Source of the DNA: Macrostomum lignano
Taxonomy: Eukaryota
Assembly (NCBI GenBank): GCA_002269645.1
Contig: NIVC01001329.1
Location: 1-64,000, forward strand
Direction: 5' to 3'
Length of the DNA: 64,000 nt
Shown here: in pieces, positions 37,366 to 58,067 of the stretch
Layout: the number at the start of each line of letters is the position of its first letter
Position numbering within the stretch: the first letter of the stretch is position 1
Made by a program: the position numbers and the translations under genes
Notes under the pieces: generated by a model
The model's database searches: none
What the model saw: the letters and a program-made list of their open reading frames with translations, nothing else
Told to the model about the DNA's origin: nothing

Positions 37366-38151
37366 GGCTCATTCCATATAAGCATGGTCGTAACATGACA
37401 GGTTATTTTTACTTATAAAATGAAATCTAATAATAGAATATACTAAGCCAATATTTTAAATGAAAGATTATTTTGTCTAGAATATATTTATAGAGTTTCA
37501 TATAGATATCATCATTAGTATAGATGCTATTAAACCTTAAATGACACTTATGGTCGTAACAACAGGATTTTTGACATATAGAAACTAAAAGGTAAAAGTC
37601 TTATAACATTTTTAATTTTTTATATTTTGCAATACATTTTTAAAATTTGACTAAGAACATCTTTAGAAATCATACTCTTTTATTAGAATATATAAACTCA
37701 AAAGGCAACAAAGATACAAAAGAAAAGGCAGCCTTATGGTCGTAACATTATGGTTGTAACATATTTTTTTCTGTCAATTCAGTAACTTTGAGGTACTAAT
37801 ACATCAAAAATATAATAGATTATTTGGTCACCAATGCTTTTATCTGATGATGCAAGTACTATACTTTTATCTATAGTTTGTTTCAACCTTCAAAAGCTTT
37901 CTATTTGTTTTTAAAAGGTACAAAATCTTAATGATGTCTTTTGCTTCGAAAAATGTCCAAATTTTTACAAAAATGACTTTTTGCCAATTGATAACATACT
38001 AATCCAACATTTTACCATTCCTTTATTCTTAGATTGTATATATTGCACAATATAAACATTTGGTAAAAAAATAGGCTAATTAGGCAATGGCAAGCAAAAA
38101 TATTGACTTTTTTCTATTTTCCAAATATGTCCATCTTATATGGAATGAGCC
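37366..38151. mobile_element. 786-bp MITE, copy 2 (same family, TSD TTAT)
   Basis: Same TIRs; TTAT at 37362-37365 and 38152-38155. Confidence 0.9.
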
Positions 38152-38179
38152 TTATGACATAATCAGTTTCTCAGTCAGT

Positions 38180-38655
38180 CAGTATCAGTTAACAATATGG
38201 TTATGCAATTTAAATCAAGTCTGGTGCTGCGCTTCCACACTGCATTTTCAATTCAAGTTGGAGTTACAATTCAGTTATGATGCAATCTATTTCAGAATCT
38301 GAATTCAATCAGTCAGTTTTTTCTTTAGCATTCTTACAATGCATTTCAAGTCGAAAAGTTTGCTTGACCTTTGCAAAAAAGCATGTTTTTCGAATATTTA
38401 ATGCCTTTAGCATCGAGCAATTTCTTAGCCACGATGCATGTACCGTCACGGGAAAATTTCTGATCGAACAGTGCAAGTCTCATGAAAATCGGTCCAGCCA
38501 TTTTTTCTCTAATCGATTGCGTACAAACAAACAAACAAGCAACTCATTTTTAGTATATAGGATTTTGGCGAAAACGCGATGAAAATCGGTGAAGAATTGC
38601 AATCTCTAGAGCATTATGGACATACAAATATTAGAGATTTAGTATATTTAGATTT
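38180..38655 (+). mobile_element. Possible non-autonomous Helitron-like remnant with a duplicated 3' end
   Basis: ATGAAAATCGGTCCAGCC..(ACAA)n..TTTTAGTATATAGGAT followed by a second ATGAAAATCGG..TTTAGTATATTTAGAT; resembles invertebrate Helitron-like 3' ends (from memory). Confidence 0.3.
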
Positions 38656-38679
38656 TCATTTACTACATCTGTTTAAATA

Positions 38680-39075
38680 GTGTCTCAGAGCATCTCACAC
38701 TCTTCCAGCTTTGGTCTCTCACAGTCTTTCACAGTTTCTCTAAAGTCTCTCAGTCTCCGAGTCTCTCGCAGCCTCTCACAGTTTCTCTAAAGTCTCTCAG
38801 TCTCTCCGAGTCTCTTGCAGCCTCTTACAGTTTCTCTAAAGTCTCTCCAAGTCTCTCAGTGTCTCGCAGCCTCTCACAGTTTCTTCAAAGTCTCTCCGAG
38901 TCTCTCTCAGTGTCTCACAGCCTCTCTCAGTCTCTCATGTTTTACAGTTTCACTCTCAAAGTCTCTTCGAGTCTCTCACTCTCGCTTAGTCTGTTAGTTT
39001 CTCACAGTCTTTCCAAGCCTCTGTCTCTTACATTGTCTCATATTCTCTCAGTCTCTCCCAGTCTATCACAGTGTC
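38680..39075. repeat. Degenerate CT-rich low-complexity repeat (TCTCAGTC-like)
   Basis: Direct inspection. Confidence 0.8.
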
Positions 39076-40100
39076 TTTTTGTGAATGGAGAGAATTTTCA
39101 ACAAAATGTGGTGGAACCTTGATTATTTTTTATCCTTAATCTAAGGTCTAGGGATCTAGGGTCTGACTCTATTTTGGATACAATATATAGAACTCCATGC
39201 ATAGAAAACATGATGGTCTAAGTTTAAAAAAAATTTTCAGCATCTTTTCTCTTGGCTTGTACCATTTGAGATCATTTTTCTTTTTAAATGTCTTAACTTT
39301 CTGTTATTTAAAGATGTATTTGTTGCTTTTGAATTAGGGCCTAAATATAGTTGGTTAATTTTATATATATGCAACTGCTAGCTAATTAGCCAACTATAAA
39401 CTATATCAAACCAAGGGTAGACCTAAATCATAAAATTGATGCCCAAAAATGATTCTTGGATCTTAGTCTCAAGCAATGCAATTTAGACTAGGTCTATGTC
39501 CATAGTTTTTATCTTAATTGTAAATAATAAATTTTAGATCATAAAGACCTAGCTTTAGTTTAAAAGTGAAAAATATGACTAATTTAGATTTGAACTAACA
39601 TTTATTAATAATTATTGGTTTTATCCACTTTTAAAGTAGAAAATTTAAAATATATACACTGACTAATAACTAAGTCTAAGGTATTAATATATACATTACA
39701 TTTATTGAATATTGAGTGTAATAATTGATAAATAATATGCCTAAGGCTAAGCTGGTAGTACTTACTTATACGAGTATACTAGCCTACATTCTATAGCAAC
39801 TTGCTACTATGGCATAGTCTATGTTACTAGTAGGCCTAGGCCTAGTGGCACTATTAGGAAGAAAAAGTCAATACTTTCTAGCTTTTATATTAATATCAAT
39901 GCCTAATAGCCTAACTAGTAACTAGCCTAGACTAAATAGACTTTTAATATTAAGTTTTTTTCTAGGAATGCAAAAAGCATTTATTATCTTATGTAGCAAG
40001 CTAACAAAATAAATAAGGCTAATGGTAGGCTAGGCCATAATGGTCTATATGACTATATTAGTCTAATGCAATGGTATTGATTATAACAAATATATGTAAC

Positions 40101-40281
40101 TAGGGGCATAGGCCTAGCCAGGAATTTCTTACAGGGGGATATACCAAGGTAAAAGTGCTATGACAGAGTTACATGGTAGGGGCCTAGCATGTATAATAAC
40201 AAATGGCAACAAAAAATTTTTGGTTAGGCTCTTCAGGGAGATATACCCCCCTATCCCCCCTCCCTTCTCCCTATGCCCCTG
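40101..40281. mobile_element. Small TIR-bounded element
   Basis: TAGGGGCATAGG...CCTATGCCCCTG inverted ends; no convincing TSD. Confidence 0.4.
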
Positions 40282-40497
40282 TATGACGATAAGCATTAAC
40301 TTATACAAATCTAGTAATTTCTATATCATTCATTAACTTTGTTTATAAGTCCAACAATAAAGAGGAGAGTAGTGCCTAATGCTATGTATGCGTATGCCTA
40401 GTAGGTAGGCCTAGCCCCATTGCTATTAGGCCTATCCTGCAATTCACAATTGCAACTTTTAATTTAAGTCATACTTAAAGCTCATGATTCAATTGAC

Positions 40498-41059
40498 GGC
40501 AATCCTACACTTCCGTTCGGTAAATTATTTTGACACTGAATTTTGAACAGGCGTGTTAAATAACAATGTAACCAAACAAAACTGAAACAGTGGAACATGG
40601 TAGCAGTCTGTTAGAGTGCATAGTCACTTAGAGTGTGTCTGCAGGTCATTAAGGTGTCTATAATGGATAGTAATGTCCAATCCAGTACAGGATAGCCCCA
40701 AATGGACATTGGGGATATAGACAATGCCAGAGGAATTCCTCAATGTGTGCATTGAAGAGAGCATCGCTCGTGCTATGCATGTTGCAGATCTTGCACTTTG
40801 CGTAGGCCTATGTGCCCTCCACGGTGTTGGTGTGGACTATTGGGTCTGCTGGATCTACGAAGTGCAGCTGATGAGAAATGAGAAATTGAAGCTCAAAAAA
40901 CAAGCAGCTCACAAGCAACAGCTCCCTTAAACTGACACCCCCTTAAACTCTGTTCGCTCAAACTTTTGGCCATAGACACATTGCCAATTGACGTCATTTG
41001 ACTCGGTGGTACGAATTCAAATGTTAAAATAATTTACCGAATGGAAGTGTAGGATTGCC
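40498..41059 (-). mobile_element. Merlin (IS1595-related) transposon deletion derivative with a transposase C-terminal remnant (40658-40861)
   Basis: About 45-bp TIRs starting GGCAATCC; 8-bp TSD CAATTGAC (40490-40497, 41060-41067). Minus-strand FVDPADPIVHTNTVEGT*AYAK..HIEEFLWH..PFGAIL..I..YYP matches the Merlin HTNTIEG-W/EFxWR region. Confidence 0.88.
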
Positions 41060-42187
41060 CAATTGACTACTATGCAAAGGATAGTTTCTATATGGGTAGG
41101 CCCCCTAAAATATATGCAGTTCTATGTTTTGATAGGCTTAATGCAAATCGCAAATATATCTATACATAACTTGGACATTGAAATTTTTGTTCCTAAGCCT
41201 AAGATAACAATTGAGGTGCACATTTGCTTCGTTGCCAAAATTTCTAAGCGCACTCCATATATAGCTAACACTTTTCACATGTGTTAGGGCCTAACAACAC
41301 TCAAAAGAGCAAAAAACCTAGAGTGCAATCTTTCTGTTGAGAAAGGTTATTATCAAATAAATGGATCACCACAGACTTCACAGAGCCTACAGAGCCTAAG
41401 AGGTGAGCGAGCAGGTCAAGGTCAAGGAAAGGATTATTTTTATCTCGTGATAGTATAACTAGCCTGTAAGCCTACTATTATTATATATCTGAAATAGTTT
41501 TATGCATACTTTAAAACGAAACATTTTCGTTTATCTCAAATAAACTATTATTTATATAGTTTACTCTAAAAATTATATCAATTTTATTAGCTTCGTACTT
41601 AATTTCTTTATTTTTTATTTGAAAAGCAGGCCGGTGATTTTATCGCTCTTCTAATTAATGTCATAAAGGGTTCAAAAGTTATAAAATAATATTGTTAAGT
41701 ACATATAGGACAACTATTTTTATATTTTATCATCGTTAGGTTGTTTTGATTATTATTTTATTGTTAATACACGTAACATATTTTTAAAAGCCCCTCTCCC
41801 TCCCTGACTTAAGAAGAAAATTACGGAATAGAGACGTTTGGACGGTTTGCCAGATGCCAGCCGACGTTTGCCAGCCGGACATTTGCAGGCAGCAATTGGT
41901 TTTAAAGAATTATGCCCTCTCTAGGCTTACATATGGATGTATACTCGTATCTCGTAGCTATAGTCAGTTGGCAATGGCACGAAAGCGGCACATGCAGTAC
42001 TCGCAATTGATTTCAAGTTGGATTTCCGTTTATCCAACTCTTTTCTACCACTTGCTAATCAGATCCACTTTCTCGATTTCAGATGACCTAGCGTGGACCT
42101 GGCACGAAATATTCTAATATCTTCTAGTATCTGTGGTGTATCCATTGTTTTTGTAGTTTTTTGCCAATATTTTGCAACAGTCGGGAA

Positions 42188-42490
42188 CAGGGGCGTCGCC
42201 ACCGGGGGGGGGGCAGGGGGGACGACATGCCCCCCCCCCAGATAAAAGTTGTGGGGGGACATATCAATATGTTTTGTCCCCCCACCAACCTCATGACCCG
42301 TTATGAAAATCAATAATTTTGCTTCAGGGTGACAAAATATAGTGCCTGTGGCACTAAAATGCATGAGCTGAGTGCCTGCAGCGCCAAATGAGCGCTGACA
42401 ACACCGATTTCTCTGAAAATAAAAATGTACATGTAGAATTCTTGGCTTTGTCCCCCCACCATAAAATCCATGGCATGACGCCCCTGCATG
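42188..42490. mobile_element. About 300-bp MITE-like element, TIR CAGGGGCGTC, 8-bp flanking direct repeat
   Basis: CAGGGGCGTC at 42188 and GACGCCCCTG ending 42486; GTCGGGAA at 42180-42187 and 42491-42498. Confidence 0.7.
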
Positions 42491-43245
42491 GTCGGGAATA
42501 AAGCGTAAAACAATTTAGCTTCAATTATATTAGCAATATTGTTTCTGTGTTTTATTTTTCGTTGGTTTTCTGTTTTGTCCACCTGTCCGTCTATTTCTGT
42601 CCATCTCTTTGTATTGTGCAGCTTTTTGCATTGTCAGAGTCAGTAGTATGAAATCATTTTTAGTTTTAAAAATAGTCGTTACTGATCTACATCAATATTT
42701 TTCAGCATTTTAGTTTGCTATATGCTATTTCTTTTTGTTAAGGTGGTAATAAAATGCTTTAAATAAAGCAACGAAAACTTTGAGTGCATTTAGCAATTTT
42801 TTACCGTTTTTTGTTTCTCTCCGTTTGTTTATCGCTAAATGGCTTTTAAATTTCTGTTGTTTATTTCAGCACTGTTTGCGGCAGAGAAATCGAAGGCATA
42901 GTTACATGTAACTGGTTAAACAGAATTAAAGAAGTAGCTGCTAATGACAGGGAAATTGATTAGTTGCAAATGTTTTTTAAAACTTTATGGGGACAATCAA
43001 ATAGCATTGTTTACGACAGAGACAAATACGCATTATAGACTAACACCAAATCATGAAGGCAGCCAATCAGATTTCTCCAGCAGCGGCCTTGAACCCCAAT
43101 CACACAATGCTATCGTGCCGCCCTATCCGCAGCCAATCAGATGATTCCCGCAGCAGCGGCATTGAACCCAAATCACGCAATGCTATCGTGCAGCCCTATC
43201 CGCAGCCAATCAGATGATTCCCGCAGCAGCGGCATTGAACCCAAA

Positions 43246-50481
<7,236 letters not shown>

Positions 50482-50489
50482 GGCTGGAC

Positions 50490-50850
50490 TGTCCGAGTCT
50501 GAATTCAGCTTGTCCGAGTCTGTGTCCGAGTTGTCCGAGTTTGTATAAGTCTTTCCGAGACTGTCTGGTTTGTCCGAGACTGTGTCTGGCTTGTCCGAGT
50601 CTGTGTCCGGCTTGTCCGAGTCCGTTTCCGGCTTGTCCGAGTCTGTGTCCGGCTTGTCCGAGTCTGTGTCCGGTTTTCCCGAGCCTGCGTTCGGGCTTGT
50701 CCGAGTCTTTGTCTGAGTTGTCCGAGTCTGTGTCCGGCTTGTCCGAGACTGTGTCCGGCTTGTCCGAGTCTGTAACCGGTTTGTCCGAGTCCGTATCGGG
50801 TTTGTCTGAGTATGTATCCTGTTCTCTATCTACAGTCCGCGTCTGTGTCC
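50490..50850. repeat. 21-nt repeat (TTGTCCGAGTCTGTGTCCGGC) directly upstream of the receptor ATG; possibly coding (SDKPDTD)
   Basis: Direct inspection; substitutions are mostly at third codon positions on the minus strand. Confidence 0.85.
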
Positions 50851-51508
50851 GAATCGGTTTGTCTGTTCGAATTTTTTCCGTATAAATCAGCCAATTAAAT
50901 CCAGCTAATGTCAGTTTTGCAGCAGCCTGTTCCCAAGTGAGAACAGAACGACACTCGCAGAAATAAATATGGGCCAAAGCTGGCCAAGGAAGCCAGCCGC
51001 GCGCCTATCGAGTTACTCGTTGGCTGTGCGGAGTTCAGTTTTTTTTGCTTTTCTCTTGCGTTTTTCTTCTTTCCTGGTCTTCCACCCTCAGTCCAGAACA
51101 AGCAGATGTCATTTTTTGCACCAAAATTTGTCAATCAATACTTGGGCGTCTTAACTAGCATGTAGTCAGGGCGAGGGTGAATAATAGAGGAGAGAAGACA
51201 GAGAGGGTCTCGGTTAGAGATCTTGTGAAAATATGCCGAAAGTAGAAAGGAGAGGACAGTGGCGAGCGGCGGCCTGACAACGGTTTTTGGATTTTATTAA
51301 GAGACAGTTAAGGCGGGGCTGTGGGTTCGAGCGAGTGTTCAACACCTGGCTTTCTCCTCTCTGGCTAATTTTTACTCTATTGAATTTTTCGGTTCTTGGT
51401 CATCCAGAGATGCATTAAAAATTTATGACAATGCTGGCTTCATGCTGACACAGCTGCGGTTCACGTGCTGCGGGTGGAGGGCACGGACTGAAGAAGACAC
51501 TCTCGGAT

Positions 51509-52112
<604 letters not shown>

Positions 52113-52607
52113 ACGGTACAGCAATTCCGAGTCGCTTATCATCATGATTTCTGAGCCAATAAAGCGATGCAGCGGAGCCTGCAGTTTGCGCATCACAAAG
52201 CAGTTCGGCTTACCGAAATCCGATCCGGTTTTCAGACCTTCGGCGCTATGTGCCTTCCCAGAGGGATCGAAATGTCCTCCAGGCAGCGATCCTTGGTTGG
52301 CAACAAGATTTTCAAGATTTGAAGCCGATCCGACTGTGTTGCAGGGCGCCCTTCCCGAATGCAAATTTAAAATTTCAATGCTGAGCGCGTGGCTGCTTCA
52401 CACGGGTCAGGAGGATAAACAGCGAAAGCAGACTTGGGAGAAAGCAGCGCCAGTTGGGGATTGGCTTTCTGGCATCCTCGCTTTGGATTCAAATTGTGTT
52501 GAAGCGTCTCTTAGTTGCTACCGTATGCGTTTTATGCTTTCAAGTGTGCGTGTGTGTGTCACTTCTGGTCATTAAGGAAGTTTGGAGGACACACAGTGTG
52601 TTATAAA

Positions 52608-53885
52608 GACACACGGGTGCTGGAAGGACACACACGGGTGCTGGAAGGACACACACGGGTGCTGGAAGGACACACGGGTGCTGGAAGGACACACACGGGT
52701 GCTGGAAGGACACACACGGGTGCTGGAAGGACACACACGGGTGCTGGAAGGACACACGGGGTGCTGGAAGGACACACAGGGTGCTGGAAGGACACACACG
52801 GGTGCTGGAAGGACACACGGGTGCTGGAAGGACACACACGGGTGCTGGAAGGACACACGGGTGCTGGAAGGACACATGGGGTGCTGGAAGGACACACACG
52901 GGTGCTGGAAGGACACACGGGTGCTGGAAGGACACACACGGGTGCTGGAAGGACACACGGGTGCTGGAAGGACACACACGGGTGCTGGAAGGACACACGG
53001 GTGCTGGAAGGACACACACGGGTGCTGGAAGGACACATGGGGTGCTGGAAGGACACATGGGGTGCTGGAAGGACACACAGGGTGCTGGAAGGACACATGG
53101 GGTGCTGGAAGGACACATGGGGTGCTGGAAGGACACATGGGGTGCTGGAAGGACACACAGGGTGCTGGAAGGACACATGGGGTGCTGGAAGGACACATGG
53201 GGTGCTGGAAGGACACACGGGGTGCTGGAAGGACACACGGGGTGCTGGAAGGACACATGGGGTGCTGGAAGGACACACAGGGTGCTGGAAGGACACACAG
53301 GGTGCTGGAAGGACACACAGGTGCTGGAAGGACACACGGGGTGCTGGAAGGACACATGGGGTGCTGGAAGGACACACAGGGTGCTGGAAGGACACACGGG
53401 GTGCTGGAAGGACACACGGGGTGCTGGAAGGACACATGGGGTGCTGGAAGGACACACAGGGTGCTGGAAGGACACACAGGGTGCTGGAAGGACACACAGG
53501 TGCTGGAAGGACACACGGGGTGCTGGAAGGACACATGGGGTGCTGGAAGGACACACAGGGTGCTGGAAGGACACATGGGGTGCTGGAAGGACACACAGGG
53601 TGCTGGAAGGACACACGGGGTGCTGGAAGGACACACACGGGTGCTGGAAGGACACATGGGGTGCTGGAAGGACACATGGGGTGCTGGAAGGACACACAGG
53701 TGCTGGAAGGACACATGGGGTGCTGGAAGGACACACGGGGTGCTGGAAGGACACACACGGGTGATGGAAGGACACACAAGGGTGATGGAAGGACACACAC
53801 AGGTGCTGGAAGGACACACACGGGTGATGGAAGGACACACGGGGTGCTGGAAGGACACACACGGGTGATGGAAGGACACACAAGG
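52608..53885. repeat. 19-22 nt minisatellite (GGGTGCTGGAAGGACACAC..)
   Basis: Direct inspection. Confidence 0.97.
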
Positions 53886-54534
53886 GTTGCTATGGGGTAC
53901 ACTACAGTGCCTTTCAAGTAATTAGATTTTTACTTTAAGCTTGTTAATAGTCCCACCATGCTTCTATGTGAGTAGTGCATTATGCGCATCCATATACTAA
54001 AAATGGTCTGTCGGTATCCATCTATCTAGGTATGCGATCGATTTTAGCAAAATTAAATTCTAAAAACTATTTTAGGCTAGACGAAACTCAAGGGCACAAA
54101 AGGGAGATGAAGTAGGAGCGGAAATGCTTTATCGTAAGCCTTACTGATTGTTTAACTCAGTGCTCTCAGACCTTCACACAATAACAAGAATGGTGTACTC
54201 AGATTGAGAAACACTTTAATATTCTGTTGACAACAGGCCTTCAAGTTCCCACGCATGGCATAATTGACTTGGCATTTAATGAAAATTTAAATAGAAATTT
54301 GGTACAAGCAAACTGACTCTCAATGAACTGCATAGGGTCAGGTCAAATCTCCTTTTTGCGTAGTTTTGCTTTGCCACACACTGCAAATTGATGCTGGGTG
54401 CTGCACTGCTTTAGGGTGAGGGAGGGGGTGAACTTGAGAAAATCGCTTCAAGTGACCTTGAGCAATTAAGACTAGTCACGGTCTCTTATCACTTACCTGG
54501 TATCTTATCTTGATCCAACCTCTCATATAACGAG

Positions 54535-55510
54535 TATCTCCCTCTGTTATCTCCTTCTCTCATATCTGCACTCTCTCACATCTCCCTCTCTCATATCTGC
54601 ACTTTCGCATATCTCCCTCTCTCATATCTGCACTTTCGTATATCTCCCTCTCTCATATCTCCCTCTCATATCTGCACTTTCGCATATCTCCCTCTCTCAT
54701 ATCTCCCTCTCTCATATCTGCACTTTCTCATATCTCCCTCTCTCATATCTAACTCTCTCATATCTCCCTCTTTCATATCTAACTCTCTAATATCTGCACT
54801 TTCTCATATCTCCCTCTCTCACATCTCCCTCTCTCATATCTGCACTTTCTCATATCTCCCTCTCTCATATCTAACTCTCTCATATTTCCCTCTGTTATCT
54901 CCCTCTCTCATATCTGCACTCTCTCCTATCTCCCTCTCTCACATCTCCCTCTCTCATATCTGCACTCTCTCCTATCTCCCTCTCTCACATCTCCCTCTCT
55001 CATATCTGCACTCTCTCCTATCTCCCTCTCTCACATCTCCCTCTCTCATATCTGCGCTTTCTCATATCTCCCTCTCTCATATCTAACTCTCTCATATCTG
55101 CACTTTCGCATATCTCCCTCTCTCATATCTAACTCTCTCATATCTCCCTCTTTCATATCTAACTCTCTAATATCTAACTCTCATATCTCCCTCTTTCATA
55201 TCTAACTCTCTAATATCTGCACTTTCTCATATCTCCCTCTCTCATATCTGCGCTTTCTCATATCTCCCTCTCTCATATCTAACTCTCTCATATCTCCCTC
55301 TGTTATCTCCCTCTCTCATATCTGCACTCTCTGCTATCTCCCTCTCTCACATCTCCCTCTCTCACATCTGCGCTTTCTCATATCTCCCTCTCTCATATCT
55401 AACTCTCTCATATCTCCCTCTGTTATCTCCCTCTCTCATATCTCCCTCTCTTATCTCCCTATCTTATCTACTCTCTTTTCTTCCTCTCATATCTGCCTCT
55501 CTTATCTCCT
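54535..55510. repeat. CT-rich 15-16 nt composite repeat (CATATCTCCCTCTCT / CATATCTGCACTTTCT)
   Basis: Direct inspection. Confidence 0.93.
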
Positions 55511-55964
55511 CTCTCTGTCCCCGGCCCTCTCTTTTTCCCACTCTCCAACCTGGCCCACTCCCTTGCAGCAAAGTACTTTATCAGATCCGGCAACAACAGA
55601 GGTGTGGCTTTGCGTGTAGCTGATTCTCAGATAATGCCATGCAAAAAACTGATTCTACTCAACTCTGCGGAGTGAAAGGCAGCAGCAGAGCACTGCATGC
55701 TGCTGCACTCTCCGCGGCTCACAGATAGTTGCTGAGGGCCGGCAACAGCAGAAGCAAAGGCAATGAAAACTTTGTTCTGTCACGACGCCCATTATCTTTT
55801 CCTTCTATTTTGCCTGTGCTTTGAGTATGGCTTGCTGATTCTAAAGAAATGCTGGGGGCTTTGAGTTCTGCACGCAATGGCAGGCAAATTAACGCCTGAG
55901 TAACCTCAGTTACTCATTTATAGAAAATGAACGTATTTATGAGACGAATAGTCGACTACATGTG

Positions 55965-57608
55965 TGCTGATGTCTCTCTAATCTCCACCCTCACTCTGAT
56001 CTCCCAATGTCTCTAATCTCACTCCTTTCACTGTGATCTCCCAATGTCTCTAAACTCCCCCCTCACTCTGGTCTCCCTGCCTCTAATCTCTCTCCTCTCA
56101 CTCTGATCTCTAATCTCTCTCCTCTCACTCTGGTCTCCCTGCCTCTAATCCCTCTCCTCTCACTCTGATATCCCTGTCTCTAATCTCTCTCCTCTCACTC
56201 TGATATCCCTGTCTCTAATCTCTCTCCTCTCACTCTGATATCCCTGTCTGTAATCTCTCTCCTCTCACTCTGATCTCCCTGTCTGTAATCTCTCTCCTCT
56301 CACTCTGATCTCCCTGTCTGTAATCTCTCTCATCTTATTCTGATATCCCTGTCTCTAATCTCTCTCCTCTCACTCTGGTCTCCCTGCCTCTAATCTCTCT
56401 CCTCTCACTCTGATATCCCTGTCTCTAATCTCTCTCCTCTCACTCTGATATCCCTGTCTGTAATCTCTCTCCTCTCACTCTGATCTCCCTGCCTCTAATC
56501 TCTCTCCTCTCACTCTGATATCCCTGTCTCTAATCTCTCTCCTCTCACTCTGATATCCCTGTCTGTAATCTCTCTCCTCTCACTCTGATCTCCCTGTCTC
56601 TAATCTCTCTCATCTTATTCTGATATCCCTGTCTCTAATCTCTCTCCTCTCACTCTGATCTCTCGATGTCTCTAATCTCTCTTCTCTCACTCTGATCTCC
56701 CAATGTCTCTAAACTCCCCCCTCACTCTGGTCTCCCTGTCTCTAATCTCTCTCCTCTCACTCTGGTCTCCCTGTCTCCAAACTTTGTCCTCTTCCTCTGA
56801 TCTCTTGATGTCTCTAATCTCTCTCATCTTATTCTGATCTCCCTGCCTCTTATCTCTCTCATCTCACTCTGGTCTCCCAATGCCTCTAAACTCCACCCTC
56901 ACTCTGGTCTCCCTGCCTCTAATCTCTCTCCTCTCACTCTGATCTCCCAATGTCTCTAAACTCCCTCCCCACTCTGGTCTCCCTGCCTCTAATCTCTCTC
57001 CTCTCACTCTGATCTCCCAATTTCTCTAATCCCTCGTCCCTCTCACTCTGATCTCCCTGTCTCTAATCTCTCTCATCTTATTCTTATATCCCTGTCTCTA
57101 ATCTCTCTCCCCTCACTCTGATCTCTCGATGTCTCTAATCTCTCTTCTCTCACTCTGATCTCTCGATGTCTCTAATCTCTCTCATCTTATTCTGATCTCC
57201 CTGTCTCTTATCTCTCTCCTCTCACTCTGGTCTCCCAATGTCTCTAAACTCCCCCCTCACTCTGGTCTCCCTGTCTCTAATCTCTCTCCTCTCACTCTGA
57301 TCTCCCGATGTCTCTAATCTCTCTCCTCTCACTCTGGTCTCCCAATGTCTCTAATCTCTCTCATCTTATTCTGATATCCCTGGCTCTAATCTCACTCCTC
57401 TCACTGTGATCTCCCAATATCTCTAAACCCCCTCACTCTGATCTCCCTGTCTCTAATCTCTCTCCTCTCACTCTGATCTCCCGATGTCTCTAATCTCTCT
57501 CCTCTCACTCTGGTCTCTCAATGTCTCTAATCTCTCTCATCTTATTCTGATATCCCTGTCTCTAATCTCTCTCCTCTCACTCTGATCTCCCGATGTCTCT
57601 AATCTCTA
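55965..57608. repeat. About 35-nt CT-rich minisatellite (CTCTAATCTCTCTCCTCTCACTCTGATCTCCCTGT)
   Basis: Direct inspection. Confidence 0.95.
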
Positions 57609-58067
57609 CAGAGCTCCAGATGCTGACAAAAGCAGCACAGTTCCCCTGCAGTAAACATGACAGAAAGCACTTTGAGGGCGAACAGTGACCAGTTTAGTAT
57701 GCTAATAGGAAATGCGAGCTTTCACACAGCTGCATTGGAATTTCCCTGTGTACTTAGCTTACAGAGTTCTGCTATAAATATTTGCACAAATACACTCTGA
57801 CAACAGACTTGAATATTACGCTCATATGATCATTTAGTCCGGAAACAGTTTTTTTTTCTCAGAGTCATGGGCATGCTGAGGTTCTAGTTTATTCTGCGCG
57901 GAAAAATGACAACCAGAACAGAAATTTATGTAACCATGGAACAGTAACCATATTATGCCCTCTGTTCAAGCCTTTTGCCGCATAGTTTTCTTTGAGTGCT
58001 GAACTGGATCAGCGACCTTTCGAGTTTCGATGTGACATTCATTTTCATTTTCAACTGAAAGGAAAAC

